Below are positions 25,297 to 34,251 of a DNA stretch of 38,710 nucleotides, in pieces. Under the pieces are notes generated by a model that worked only from the letters and a program-made list of their open reading frames with translations, was not told the DNA's origin and did not search any database. How positions within the stretch are numbered: position 1 is the stretch's first letter; each line of letters starts with the position of its first letter. This DNA comes from a virus (lineage: Duplodnaviria; Caudoviricetes): positions 1 to 38,710 of the IMG/VR virus record IMGVR_UViG_3300030433_002664. The stretch is one strand, 5' to 3'. The position numbers and the translations under genes were made by a program.

Positions 25297-25539
25297 ATGA
25301 CACCTGATTTGTTTGCAGCTGTGATTAGTGGTGGGATAGGTGCTTTTGCAGGCCTTTCAAGGGCTTTGTCTAATTTTAATTCCAAACTAGATCGCCGTTT
25401 TGAGCGGCTAGAGGATGATTTTGATGACTTGCAAGACAGAGTTACGAAGGAATATGTACTTAAAGAAGACTTTGTTCGAGAGATGGAATCAGTGCACAGC
25501 AAACTTGACCGTATTCTGGACCATTTGATTAGTAATTAG
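25297..25539 (+). CDS. Small TM plus coiled-coil protein (possible holin or lysis accessory)
   Basis: Hydrophobic N-terminus LFAAVISGGIGAFAGL, then a coiled coil with YVLKEDF.RE...KLDRIL. Confidence 0.7.
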   Translation: MTPDLFAAVISGGIGAFAGLSRALSNFNSKLDRRFERLEDDFDDLQDRVTKEYVLKEDFVREMESVHSKLDRILDHLISN

Positions 25540-25961
25540 ACAGCAACCCAGGCGCCTGTTGATGCACGATACATAAAGAGTCCAGGCGCATTGGTATCGT
25601 AAGCTAGTTGTCCATCGACGGGGTTTGCAGGCTTGCCTGCATCTACAGAAGCGACGGCCTTTACTGTCTGAAAATTAGAGCCATCAAAAATTTTTAAAAT
25701 GTGAGTACTCGCTGTGTCAAGCCAGGATTCACCCTTACTAAAGGTCGCAAAACCTGCAGCAGGCGTATTCGGTTGAGTTGAGCCGACGAATGTAGGGCCT
25801 GCTTTGATCAATCCAGTTGATGGTGAAGCAGTGCTGTCAGCAAAAAACAGACCGGGATCGCCTGGATTACTGTTTACACAGATTTCACCAGCGCCAATTC
25901 TGATTGGATTTGGGCGATCGTGCAGAACAGTAGATCGTCTGCTTAAAATCTGAATTGTCAT
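25536..25961 (-). CDS. Virion structural protein (fibre N-terminal-like)
   Basis: IQILSRRS...RP......GEICVN....PGLFFADS; GESWLDT....LKIFDG. Confidence 0.7.
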   Translation of the reverse strand: MTIQILSRRSTVLHDRPNPIRIGAGEICVNSNPGDPGLFFADSTASPSTGLIKAGPTFVGSTQPNTPAAGFATFSKGESWLDTASTHILKIFDGSNFQTVKAVASVDAGKPANPVDGQLAYDTNAPGLFMYRASTGAWVAV

Positions 25962-25963
25962 GC

Positions 25964-28261
25964 CTAAGTATTGACGTAAATGCCAGAATCCACAAAAATA
26001 ACCTGCTCAACCAAAGGAGAGTAAGTTTTACAGTCGAGTTGGCTAGTGGTTTCCCCTGAAACAGGTTCTCCACTAATATAAGTCCCGCCATCAACCTCAC
26101 CAAACTGAAATTCAGCTGTATATTCAGTCAAAGGCTTGTCCAACATGCCGATTTTTGCATCTTGAACCAAATCGGTGTCAATATTGAACACCTTTTGCAT
26201 TGTAAATAGCAAATTACTGGTTTTGTTCTTTGTCACACCCGCTCTATCTGGTCGATTGTCTGAATTTCTCTTAATTCTGTCGGTCATAATCATGCTGACG
26301 ACATTATCATCGAAATTTCCTACTTCTTCAGGTTGATTTCGGTCACCAAGGATCTCTTTGACACCTGACCAAGGCAAACCGTAGCCCAACATCGATAAAC
26401 GTTCAGCAGCACGTCTCACTCTATCGTTTTGCTTCTCTAATTTGTCGTAAAAATACTCTAATGCGATACCAAGTGGCTGATCATTAGGCTCAAGCAGCCA
26501 CGCTCCGATATATTCGTGTAGTTTTAAGTTCTGAACAACACAATAACCGCTGGTCGTCTGACTGAACGGATAAATAATCACAAAATTATCTTTGTCGGTG
26601 ACGCTGCTTATCGTGTACTGTCCATCTAAGGCGTTACCGCTTGTGAAATCTAGTTGCACTTTTGTATTTACTTCAAGCCCATGGTTAGGAGCAGTGACAG
26701 TCAGGTTTGGGCCGACTTGAGAATACCTAGAAACAATATTAATGTCGTCGTTGCCCTCATCATGAACAATCGACCACATCGCTGCATAAATGTGCTTACA
26801 CCAGCGGGCTTGATAGTATAGAAGATTATTGAAAGCAAACTCTTTTTCATCTTTATACTCAGGGAGAGAATAAAAATTATTTACGGCAACATAACCGAAG
26901 TCGCTATAAACACCGACATCGTCTCGTGTGTCCACAGGATTACCGTCTCTGTCTTGCCGTCCACCGGCCTTGACTGAGCCTACTTTTGTAGAGGGGAACC
27001 TACGCTTGGTCGACTCTTTATATAGATCAAAGTTCTCTCGACGCATAAAATCTGAGCAACTACATTGATAACGTATCTCTGTCGTCAGAAAACGTCCTAC
27101 TGTGAAACCTCTATGCGCTGGTGTAATAATTGTTGGCTTATTGTCGATAACTTTTGAACCGTAACTATCAGTCCGTTGAAAGATAATTTCTTCTGTCTGA
27201 GTGTCAGTACCGGTCACGGTGTATCCTACGTAGTCGCTATAGTCAAAACCCTGCACTCTACGGAAAACAACGCAGTTTCCAGAGGTCGAAGCACTGGCTA
27301 AAGAAGTGACAGTAAACGAATTCAGTCCAGTCACGTTGACTTTATATAGTCCTGTAGTTGCCGTCCCCGTAGAGAATGTGATCAGTACCTCATTACCTGT
27401 TGACAGGCCATGCAACTGGCCAGTGGTGACTGTAATTGTGGTCCCATTCTGCGTATAAAGTGAATTTATACCGGGATCACGCTCAATTACGCGGTCTGTA
27501 AGACGTTCACCTTTGAAAAAATTGACAGGTGGAGGCAAAAAACGTAGTTTTACTCTCATCTCAGACCAGCGAAGATCGCTGAAGGCTGTAGAAAGCCGGA
27601 ATGTTACGTTACCACTGGTCGTAAGGCTGTTGGAAGCCGTACAAACGAAGGTATTCTGTGTTGTACTTGTGATTGCAAGGGTTTCGTTGACACCGTTGCC
27701 TGTGGTGAAAACATGCGCCACTGATTCACCAACTCTGAAGCCATGGTCCGCCAGTGACACGGTCAAAGTTGTACCAGACTGTGAGTAGGTTCCCGTTAAC
27801 GCTGACCCTAAATACCGTACAGAATCAATTGGTAGTCCAAAGTTATATAAATTTACGCTATTTGCGTCCCTGATTCCAACAATGTGTTCACCTTGCTCTA
27901 CACTGCTACTCGGAAAAGTGAAAATACGCGCAGGAATAAAAACACCAGGGAATTGCTGAAAGGACATGTACATACGAAAGTCCCCACGCTTATTCCGCTC
28001 CCTCGAATTTGAGCCTAAATAGGTTTGAGTAATGTTGTAAAGATCGTAGCCTCTGCGCCAACGGGTCCAAAGTGCATCCCGGTTATAAAATCTTGTCTCA
28101 GAATCGAACTCATTGGAATCTGGTTCAAAATTAAAAGCTCGCGGCACAAACGGCTTAGGTTTTTTTGAACCAAAATCCGTAAGCCTGTCAAATTTTTTTG
28201 AAAACCTTTTATCGAACGCGCCATTCGACGAAGAATCGAACCCACCAACACCGAATGGCAT
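25964..28261 (-). CDS. Large protein with three beta-barrel repeats and a split SWIM-type zinc finger
   Basis: Three Y.Q.G..TV....HG...G..V...F..G repeats; YQCSCSDF ... WCKHIYAAM. Confidence 0.75.
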   Translation of the reverse strand: MPFGVGGFDSSSNGAFDKRFSKKFDRLTDFGSKKPKPFVPRAFNFEPDSNEFDSETRFYNRDALWTRWRRGYDLYNITQTYLGSNSRERNKRGDFRMYMSFQQFPGVFIPARIFTFPSSSVEQGEHIVGIRDANSVNLYNFGLPIDSVRYLGSALTGTYSQSGTTLTVSLADHGFRVGESVAHVFTTGNGVNETLAITSTTQNTFVCTASNSLTTSGNVTFRLSTAFSDLRWSEMRVKLRFLPPPVNFFKGERLTDRVIERDPGINSLYTQNGTTITVTTGQLHGLSTGNEVLITFSTGTATTGLYKVNVTGLNSFTVTSLASASTSGNCVVFRRVQGFDYSDYVGYTVTGTDTQTEEIIFQRTDSYGSKVIDNKPTIITPAHRGFTVGRFLTTEIRYQCSCSDFMRRENFDLYKESTKRRFPSTKVGSVKAGGRQDRDGNPVDTRDDVGVYSDFGYVAVNNFYSLPEYKDEKEFAFNNLLYYQARWCKHIYAAMWSIVHDEGNDDINIVSRYSQVGPNLTVTAPNHGLEVNTKVQLDFTSGNALDGQYTISSVTDKDNFVIIYPFSQTTSGYCVVQNLKLHEYIGAWLLEPNDQPLGIALEYFYDKLEKQNDRVRRAAERLSMLGYGLPWSGVKEILGDRNQPEEVGNFDDNVVSMIMTDRIKRNSDNRPDRAGVTKNKTSNLLFTMQKVFNIDTDLVQDAKIGMLDKPLTEYTAEFQFGEVDGGTYISGEPVSGETTSQLDCKTYSPLVEQVIFVDSGIYVNT

Positions 28262-28269
28262 GATTTAGA

Positions 28270-29058
28270 TCAATAGAAGCCGCCCTGAATACCTACATAG
28301 AAACCATTGGTCAAAGCGCTGGCGCCGCTAGCAGCTGCGTATAAAGCTTGACCACGCTTCAGCATAAGGCCACGGGCCTTTGGAGCAATTTTACTGTTGG
28401 CGCTATCAAAGTTTGAGCCTGCCTGAACCACAGGATGGTTGATAAGTGGCAAATCGCCGCTTTCTGTCAAACTGAAAGACTGATTCGCTGCGGTGGAAGG
28501 AATACTCGCGACAAACACTGGAAAGAATTGGTTGATATTGCTGATCGTGCCGACATTCGCGATATAGAAACAGATGTCTGTTGGCAAGGAGCAGCTGACA
28601 TTGCCTGTAATTGTGCCGCTGACTGCCGCGATTGTTGCCTGGAAAGTTGTGGGGGTGACCGCCGTGACTGTAAGCTTCTGGTCGATAGGAGATGTGCCGG
28701 AACTATGCGACGTGAAGTCGGCAAAAAGGTCCTGTCCCACCTCAAGATTGTGACCACCAGTGATGGTGATAGTCACAGTAGTGCTATTGGCTGAATATGT
28801 GCCGTTTACAACAGCTTTTGCATCGATCTTCTCAATAACCCGTTTGCTGTAACGGAAGAAGATCTCATCAATATAAGCACCTGAAATAGAGGTATCTGTT
28901 GCCGCCGAGTCAACATCAAACACCTTAGTGGCGTTACCCACGGCAGTCGGCACAAGGCTTGTAGAGAAGTCTTGTCCGGAAGCTACAGTCAGCAAAGTGG
29001 AAGTCGTCGCTGGACGATCGACCATCATCGGCTGTTTATTAGAACTTGTGCTCGACAC
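28270..29058 (-). CDS. Putative virion structural protein with one copy of the same beta-barrel repeat
   Basis: GTYSANSTTVTITITGGHNLEVGQDLFADFTS matches the repeats of the neighbouring gene. Confidence 0.7.
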   Translation of the reverse strand: MSSTSSNKQPMMVDRPATTSTLLTVASGQDFSTSLVPTAVGNATKVFDVDSAATDTSISGAYIDEIFFRYSKRVIEKIDAKAVVNGTYSANSTTVTITITGGHNLEVGQDLFADFTSHSSGTSPIDQKLTVTAVTPTTFQATIAAVSGTITGNVSCSLPTDICFYIANVGTISNINQFFPVFVASIPSTAANQSFSLTESGDLPLINHPVVQAGSNFDSANSKIAPKARGLMLKRGQALYAAASGASALTNGFYVGIQGGFY

Positions 29059-29102
29059 GTTTATTCAGCGGGTTACGTTAAAGCTATTATAGCGGTATTG
29101 GA

Positions 29103-29267
29103 TTAATCCTTTTTCTCGCGCTTCTTCTCCAATCGAGCGCGTGCCTTAGAAAGTGCGTCCTTACGCTTCTCTTTATCAGACTTTTTAGACTCGTCAGAGC
29201 CCTCTTTGTCTTCGTTCTTTTTCTTGAAATGAGCTAAAAGCTCAGGAGGCATTTTTTTGTCAGCCAT
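29103..29267 (-). CDS. Small K/E-rich protein (54 aa, not in ORF track)
   Basis: MADKKMPPELLAHFKKKNEDKEGSDESKKSDKEKRKDALSKARARLEKKREKKD*; fills an otherwise empty gap. Confidence 0.7.
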   Translation of the reverse strand: MADKKMPPELLAHFKKKNEDKEGSDESKKSDKEKRKDALSKARARLEKKREKKD

Positions 29268-29279
29268 TTCATTAATTAA

Positions 29280-29483
29280 TCAAGCTCGGTATTGATCACC
29301 AATAGTAAAGGGATCTGGAATATACTCCGGCACTAACAAGTTTAACTGAACCAATTCCCCAGCCATGCGCTGCGGTGTTCCACGTACAAACTTATCCGCG
29401 CCCGAGGTGCCTCCACGCTCGAAAGGAACATCGTTCCTTCGAAGCCCGTACATGTAACCTATGTTAGTCCTTGGTTTGACCAC
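29280..29483 (-). CDS. Hypothetical protein (67 aa)
   Basis: ORF in a packed minus-strand operon. Confidence 0.55.
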   Translation of the reverse strand: MVKPRTNIGYMYGLRRNDVPFERGGTSGADKFVRGTPQRMAGELVQLNLLVPEYIPDPFTIGDQYRA

Positions 29484-29758
29484 GTAGCTTGGACAGGCTC
29501 TTTATTAAGAATAACAGGAGGAATGTTGTCACTATGTGATCTATAGACCTCTCTCATGTAAGCGGGATTATTCAACTGAAATCTTGGGTCATTTTCGCCT
29601 GTATATGACACGACAAAGTTACAGGGCGTATGCTTTTCACTTTTTGCAGGATTAAAAGGATCACTCATGCTGGCAGTTTGCATCGAGTAATCGTTGTACA
29701 TGTTCCTATAAGTCACAGGAAATGAGGCACTGTAACCGGGCACAGAAGCAAATCTCAT
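29459..29758 (-). CDS. Hypothetical protein (99 aa)
   Basis: ATG 29758 overlaps the lysozyme stop (ATGA). Confidence 0.65.
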   Translation of the reverse strand: MRFASVPGYSASFPVTYRNMYNDYSMQTASMSDPFNPAKSEKHTPCNFVVSYTGENDPRFQLNNPAYMREVYRSHSDNIPPVILNKEPVQATWSNQGLT

Positions 29759-30348
29759 TTTGCTTTTTCCCACGAATCTTTAATGTGCTGCATAAACCTG
29801 TTAAGAAAACCAAAGCTATCTTGTTTGACGACTGGCGGAGGCGCAGTCATTGGCTTGCCGTATGACGTCAAGCGTTGGTTGTAGTAATCCTGTAGCTCCT
29901 GGGCTTTCTTGACGGGTTGTTCATAAGCACTTACACCGGCTTCGGTTGGGAAGGAAGCCCATTCAGGTGCCATCTTCGGAAATAAATCGCGCACTCCTTG
30001 GCCTTGCAACAGAGGATCAAGAACGCCTCGGTAATCAAGAAGATATGTCGCCTGTAAGTCTTGATCTTCGGGAGTGAAACCCGTGGTCCCGGTGTTCTGG
30101 CGAGCCATGTCATAAGTCGGGCTTAACTGCTGGTATCGCCCGGCAGCATCGCTCCTGTATTTGCCGCTTACATTGATTTGCCTAGGATGTTCCCATCCTG
30201 TTTTAGTTGGGTCAAATGTTTTACCCGTAAACATCGTCCGATAGCCTTCAGGACCTGATGTACCTTCTGCATAGCTGATGGTGTCCAAAAGGGCACGGAC
30301 CCTTGGATCTTTTACAGCAGTCCTATAGCGTTCAAATCTCTCTGACAT
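29755..30348 (-). CDS. Lambda-R-type lysozyme / lytic transglycosylase (GH104-like)
   Basis: RALLDTISYAEGT (catalytic Glu present), HPR, SDAAGRYQ, F.PE.QD, EWASFP..Y.QP. The start is placed at ATG 30348. Confidence 0.9.
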   Translation of the reverse strand: MSERFERYRTAVKDPRVRALLDTISYAEGTSGPEGYRTMFTGKTFDPTKTGWEHPRQINVSGKYRSDAAGRYQQLSPTYDMARQNTGTTGFTPEDQDLQATYLLDYRGVLDPLLQGQGVRDLFPKMAPEWASFPTEAGVSAYEQPVKKAQELQDYYNQRLTSYGKPMTAPPPVVKQDSFGFLNRFMQHIKDSWEKAK

Positions 30349-30352
30349 CGGC

Positions 30353-30832
30353 TCAGCGGAAACTGTTTTCAAGAATAAGTCTGGTGCCGACAGCAACATC
30401 AGCAGGACCAGGAAGTGCCTGAATGAATTCAGCACCTTCACGATTAAACCTGTATCTCGCTTGCTCCGGATTTCTGTAGTTAGGGACATAAAGATGCATG
30501 GCTAGTCGGTCTGTCTCATAGAGATAGATGCCGGTCCAAGTTTTTAGTGTCTCCTTAAAATCTGTCGTCGCAATTGTACGATCAACATCACCTGCGATCG
30601 ACTCGATTCGACCACGTGGCACAGTCTCGTTATTCATTGTGCCAGTCATGTCAGTGCGCTTTTCAGCCTCATCGCACCGACTAATCTGTTCAACAATCTT
30701 ACTCACCCAGAAGGAGTCCTGAACATTATTCATAGCCTCCTCAAGACGAGCAAGGTCACCCGCTGGCACTGAGGTGAGGTTGTACCCCAAGTGCCAACGT
30801 ACCTTGGACTTGATAAAAGTATCTAGCTGCAT
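30353..30832 (-). CDS. Putative head-completion / head-tail connector protein
   Basis: 159-aa helical ORF (KVRWHLGY) downstream of the capsid genes. The assignment is by position and size. Confidence 0.55.
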   Translation of the reverse strand: MQLDTFIKSKVRWHLGYNLTSVPAGDLARLEEAMNNVQDSFWVSKIVEQISRCDEAEKRTDMTGTMNNETVPRGRIESIAGDVDRTIATTDFKETLKTWTGIYLYETDRLAMHLYVPNYRNPEQARYRFNREGAEFIQALPGPADVAVGTRLILENSFR

Positions 30833-30898
30833 TAACCCCTACCAATTGTTATCGTGCAGAATTACATGCACCAATAACAGATTAACACGCGCCAATAA

Positions 30899-31345
30899 TC
30901 ACTCGACCCGGACAAGGTTCTCTTTGAAAATTTCTTCCCAGTCGACACGTTTAATAGAGAGGAGTTGATCCAGTCGTTGGAACCGCTCACCGGGCAGTGA
31001 CAGCTGCAAGTCCTTGATGTCACGGGCGGTCTTAAGGCCGACCCCGGGAAGTGCGTCGGCGATCTGTCGCGCTGAAGCGAGGTTCAAGTTGACGCGACTA
31101 TCAATTGGGAATGTCTCTTTCTTTGACGGCTTAGCAGGCTTGACTCCCTCTGCTGCCAAGGATGCTGATAAACGCTCCTCGTCCTGAAGCTGCTGAGTCG
31201 TGGCATCCAAATGGGGTGACAGATCTTCTTCGCTCAGATACAGGACTTCTTCATTGGCGTCGATGCACATGAGAATGCCTTCACCGTGTTGAGAAATAAC
31301 CTCAACAAGGCCTCCAGTCACACGGTTTTGATACAACATAAGCAC
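30899..31345 (-). CDS. Helix-hairpin-helix (ComEA/HHH_3-like) DNA-binding protein
   Basis: VNLNLASARQIADALPGVGLKTARDI...GERFQRLDQLLSIKRV. Confidence 0.8.
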   Translation of the reverse strand: MLMLYQNRVTGGLVEVISQHGEGILMCIDANEEVLYLSEEDLSPHLDATTQQLQDEERLSASLAAEGVKPAKPSKKETFPIDSRVNLNLASARQIADALPGVGLKTARDIKDLQLSLPGERFQRLDQLLSIKRVDWEEIFKENLVRVE

Positions 31346-31388
31346 ATGTATTTACTGCTATAGCATACTGGAATTCATACTTATAGAC

Positions 31389-31415
31389 AAAAAAAAGCGG
31401 GCCACGAGGACCCGC
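31389..31415 (-). terminator. Rho-independent terminator after the capsid operon
   Basis: Minus strand GCGGGTC-CTCGT-GGCCCGC followed by T8. Confidence 0.9.
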
Positions 31416-31437
31416 AAAGTATGAATCTGATGATTAA

Positions 31438-32253
31438 TCAGGAATCGCTTCCGCCAACCTGCGAAGCAAAGTCAATCATGCCCTGGACATCGTTCCAGGA
31501 CACAGCTGCAGCAGGACGCAGATAGCTGACGCGGCACACCAGGTATGCAGCACGGCCAGCATCAGAGTCGGCTTGGCTGATGTTGACACCATCACCAGTG
31601 ACGCTGGTGTTAGCAGCGGCGTTGACGTTGTACACCTTGAAGGTGGTGTCAGCAGTCACTCGGTACATCATCGAGTTGGCTGCGTCAGCGGCGGCGATGC
31701 TGGAGCTCACGCTGGACAGGAAAGGCAGTTTTGCAGAAGTGACGCTGCTGGTGCCTTGTGCGATGCCAGAGGCACCGATTGTCAGGGTGGAGCTAGCGGC
31801 AGCAAGGCCGTTCAGCTGAGTAGAGGGGATGCCCAGGGGGGAACCACCGTTGTCAGGGCCGAGGAGAAGGACCTCGGTGTTGGTGCCTTCCAGGTCTGCG
31901 GTCACAGGGGAAGCCGGGAAAGTAGCCAGGCCACCTGCAGGGATGTCCTGAGCCAGGGTCAGAGACGCGCCGTAGATGTATGCGGGGCGAGTCGAATCGG
32001 CTTGGACGACCAGGGAAGTGCGATCGTCACGAACGCGGTCATCAGGACGGCGATCGGGAGAGGGGATTGTGATATCGAAGCTCTTGTTGCTTGCTTTATC
32101 AGCAGACAAGTTGCTGATCTTGATGTAACCGATCAGCTCGTATGCCTCGACGCCTGGTAAACCATAAACACCTTCAGTGTTATAGGAGGACAGGCGGGAA
32201 ATTTGATTACCGGGCTGCAGAATAGCACCGGCTTCAGCTTTGTAAGTTGCCAT
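31438..32253 (-). CDS. Abundant capsid-associated structural protein (decoration or minor capsid candidate)
   Basis: Directly after the MCP, with a perfect SD AAGGAGGT (32264-32271), strongly biased codons and a downstream terminator. Confidence 0.65.
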   Translation of the reverse strand: MATYKAEAGAILQPGNQISRLSSYNTEGVYGLPGVEAYELIGYIKISNLSADKASNKSFDITIPSPDRRPDDRVRDDRTSLVVQADSTRPAYIYGASLTLAQDIPAGGLATFPASPVTADLEGTNTEVLLLGPDNGGSPLGIPSTQLNGLAAASSTLTIGASGIAQGTSSVTSAKLPFLSSVSSSIAAADAANSMMYRVTADTTFKVYNVNAAANTSVTGDGVNISQADSDAGRAAYLVCRVSYLRPAAAVSWNDVQGMIDFASQVGGSDS

Positions 32254-32273
32254 TTAGTTACGTACCTCCTTTA

Positions 32274-33419
32274 TCACTCAGTAATGGTGAAGGCAGTCGT
32301 CACGAAGTCCTTATTCAGGTTCGCGAAACCAGCATAGAGTTGCCAGATAAGAATAATAAATCGACTGAAATCGTCGTTGTTATTAATCAGCACCTGAGCG
32401 TTAGGACCACCAATACCGACGCCGATTGCTTGAGGACCGAAGAACAGGCCAGCAGGGGTCGAACGGTTTGCTTGTGCACCGTTGCCATCGCCGATGTCGA
32501 CGGTAGCGGTCTTGTCGGGGAAGTTGGTGGACTCGAAGAAGCGGACACCCTCGAAGACGAATCCCGAAGGCATAATTGGCTCTCCAGCCACGAATTGAGC
32601 TTGGCCGTACTGACCGCCCTGATACAGAGCAGCGTTAGGAGCCATCATACCCATCAGAGGGTTGGGTTGGCCCATGCCAGGGTAGCGAGCAACCTCGCGG
32701 AAGCCTGAATCAGCACGCAGATCCTTCATGAAGGAGGGATCAGCAATACAACGATAGTAGCCGTCTTGGAAGACAGGCACGTTGCGCTTGCGAAGGCTCT
32801 TAACGACGTTCAGAAGGTCGGTCTTGACGTTAAACTTGAAACGCTCGGAAGCGTACTCAGTCGCGGTGTATGCACCAACGGTGACGTTAGTCTTGGAGTG
32901 GTCGTTGGGATAGTAATATCCACCTTGGCTGTCGCTAGACTGACCCCGGGACTCAGCTTTGAACAGCTCGTCCAGGAATACACGGTCGCGCCAGCGGCGG
33001 TAGTCGTCCAGCAGTGTCAGTGAACCGATGGACTGGTGGAACATGTTAAGGTTCCCGGTGTCCAGCAGCAGACGCTGAGCGGTCATCAGGGTTTCCCGAG
33101 CAATCTTGAAGGTGCTAGGGAGGTTGGTGTTGGCCGGGTCAGCAGGTCCTGTATATTCACGAAGTGACACCAAGACTTTGTCTTTGACGATAGAACGGCT
33201 GTTAGCGGTTCCGATCGTTTGGTCCTGTGTACGCTCGCGGCTGGTCTTCGTTCCGGGGTTACCGAAGAAGCGGTAACGATCCAGTTGAACGGTTTGACCA
33301 GGCTGCTTAGTGAAATCGTGGACGACGACTGGCTCTGCGGCCATCTCCACGACATAAGCCGGGTGGGGGCGGTAAAGTTCCGCGCCCAACAGCTTGGGAA
33401 AATCGTTATCGATGAACAT
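32274..33419 (-). CDS. Major capsid protein
   Basis: 381 aa, downstream of portal and scaffold. Contains PGQTVQLDRY, Y.CIADP....DLR.D, G..FEGVRFFES, FGPQAIG and W..YAGF (HK97-fold, N4-gp56-like pattern), with strong codon bias. Confidence 0.85.
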   Translation of the reverse strand: MFIDNDFPKLLGAELYRPHPAYVVEMAAEPVVVHDFTKQPGQTVQLDRYRFFGNPGTKTSRERTQDQTIGTANSRSIVKDKVLVSLREYTGPADPANTNLPSTFKIARETLMTAQRLLLDTGNLNMFHQSIGSLTLLDDYRRWRDRVFLDELFKAESRGQSSDSQGGYYYPNDHSKTNVTVGAYTATEYASERFKFNVKTDLLNVVKSLRKRNVPVFQDGYYRCIADPSFMKDLRADSGFREVARYPGMGQPNPLMGMMAPNAALYQGGQYGQAQFVAGEPIMPSGFVFEGVRFFESTNFPDKTATVDIGDGNGAQANRSTPAGLFFGPQAIGVGIGGPNAQVLINNNDDFSRFIILIWQLYAGFANLNKDFVTTAFTITE

Positions 33420-33503
33420 AAGAATTTCTCAGCAGAGTTTTAACGCTGATACTTGAGGACAGAAAAATCCTCGAAATATGGAAATTTAAATTCCATTAAA
33501 AAA

Positions 33504-33512
33504 ATTATAGCA
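33504..33512 (-). promoter_or_regulatory. Extended -10 promoter TGCTATAAT upstream of the MCP
   Basis: Perfect TGnTATAAT about 85 nt upstream of the MCP ATG. Confidence 0.65.
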
Positions 33513-33534
33513 ATGCTTTATCAACCTGGATTAT

Positions 33535-33783
33535 TTAAGGCATCAAACGGCGGCCAACTGCACGGGCCTCGCCGAGGGGTGATCCGTCAACCATGTTTCC
33601 AGGGTTGTAAACATTTGGCGCCATCGAACCCATCGGGCGCATCGGGTCAACATACCCATCTGCAGGCTGCATAGTTGCCATAGGTGCTTGCACTTCAGGA
33701 TCAAAGCCTTGCGCCATTTGCGAGGCTTGTTTTACCATCATTGCCTTCATCAAGGCCTCTTTTGCTTTTGCGTTGTCCATCAT
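33535..33783 (-). CDS. Small Met/Pro-rich hypothetical protein
   Basis: Coupled to the upstream gene (ATGA overlap). Confidence 0.65.
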   Translation of the reverse strand: MMDNAKAKEALMKAMMVKQASQMAQGFDPEVQAPMATMQPADGYVDPMRPMGSMAPNVYNPGNMVDGSPLGEARAVGRRLMP

Positions 33784-34214
33784 TTTGATCCTTTCTTAGG
33801 TTGAGGGGGAAGCATGCCCATTGGCAGTTGTCCGGTCAAAGGCATCAGCGGCATGATTGCGTATTGAGCCTGAATATTGATCTGCTTCTGCAATGCTTCA
33901 GCACGCTGAATCAGAGAAGGAGCCAGGAGGCCGTTTGCAGGGAGAGGAGACCCAGGAAGGTTCAGCTTCATATATGCGTTGTCTAAATCCCTAGGCATGG
34001 GCGGCAGCGGGTTCTCAGGAGTACCGACTCCAGGGGCCATGTCGGCTGCACGAATCGGAGCGTATTGATCTACGTTCCCTGATTGAACCTGAAGAGCAGT
34101 ATCTCCTGCGCCGAACATCACTAAGCTAGGTGAACCGACTGGTCCCCCTGCAGTGCCAATCATATCGATAAATTTGTTGGCGCGTTCACGTGCTCCCGCC
34201 TTTTTTTTAGCCAT
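33780..34214 (-). CDS. Pro/Met-rich hypothetical protein
   Basis: ATG 34214 (MAKKKAGARERA); lies in the head module. Confidence 0.65.
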   Translation of the reverse strand: MAKKKAGARERANKFIDMIGTAGGPVGSPSLVMFGAGDTALQVQSGNVDQYAPIRAADMAPGVGTPENPLPPMPRDLDNAYMKLNLPGSPLPANGLLAPSLIQRAEALQKQINIQAQYAIMPLMPLTGQLPMGMLPPQPKKGSK

Positions 34215-34217
34215 AGT

Positions 34218-34251
34218 AAATAAAAAATAAGGGGGCAGTTTGACTACCCCC
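34218..34251 (-). terminator. Rho-independent terminator after the scaffold gene
   Basis: Minus strand GGGGGTAGT-CAA-ACTGCCCCC followed by TTATTTTTTATTT. Confidence 0.8.

Noticed and set aside
30349-30489. Hydrophobic SAR/signal-like N-terminal extension of the lambda-type lysozyme
   Set aside because: It lies almost wholly within the upstream gene in another frame. The ATG at 30348, 4 nt after the upstream stop, is more parsimonious, although the extension cannot be fully excluded.
30899-31345. PsbU (photosystem II extrinsic protein) assignment
   Set aside because: There is no signal peptide, and the LPGVG HhH motif fits DNA-binding ComEA/HHH_3 better.
31573-33443. Long plus-strand ORFs antisense to the capsid genes (e.g. 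31573-32160, 32247-32708)
   Set aside because: These are shadow ORFs expected from the strong codon bias of highly expressed genes, with no motifs or RBS.
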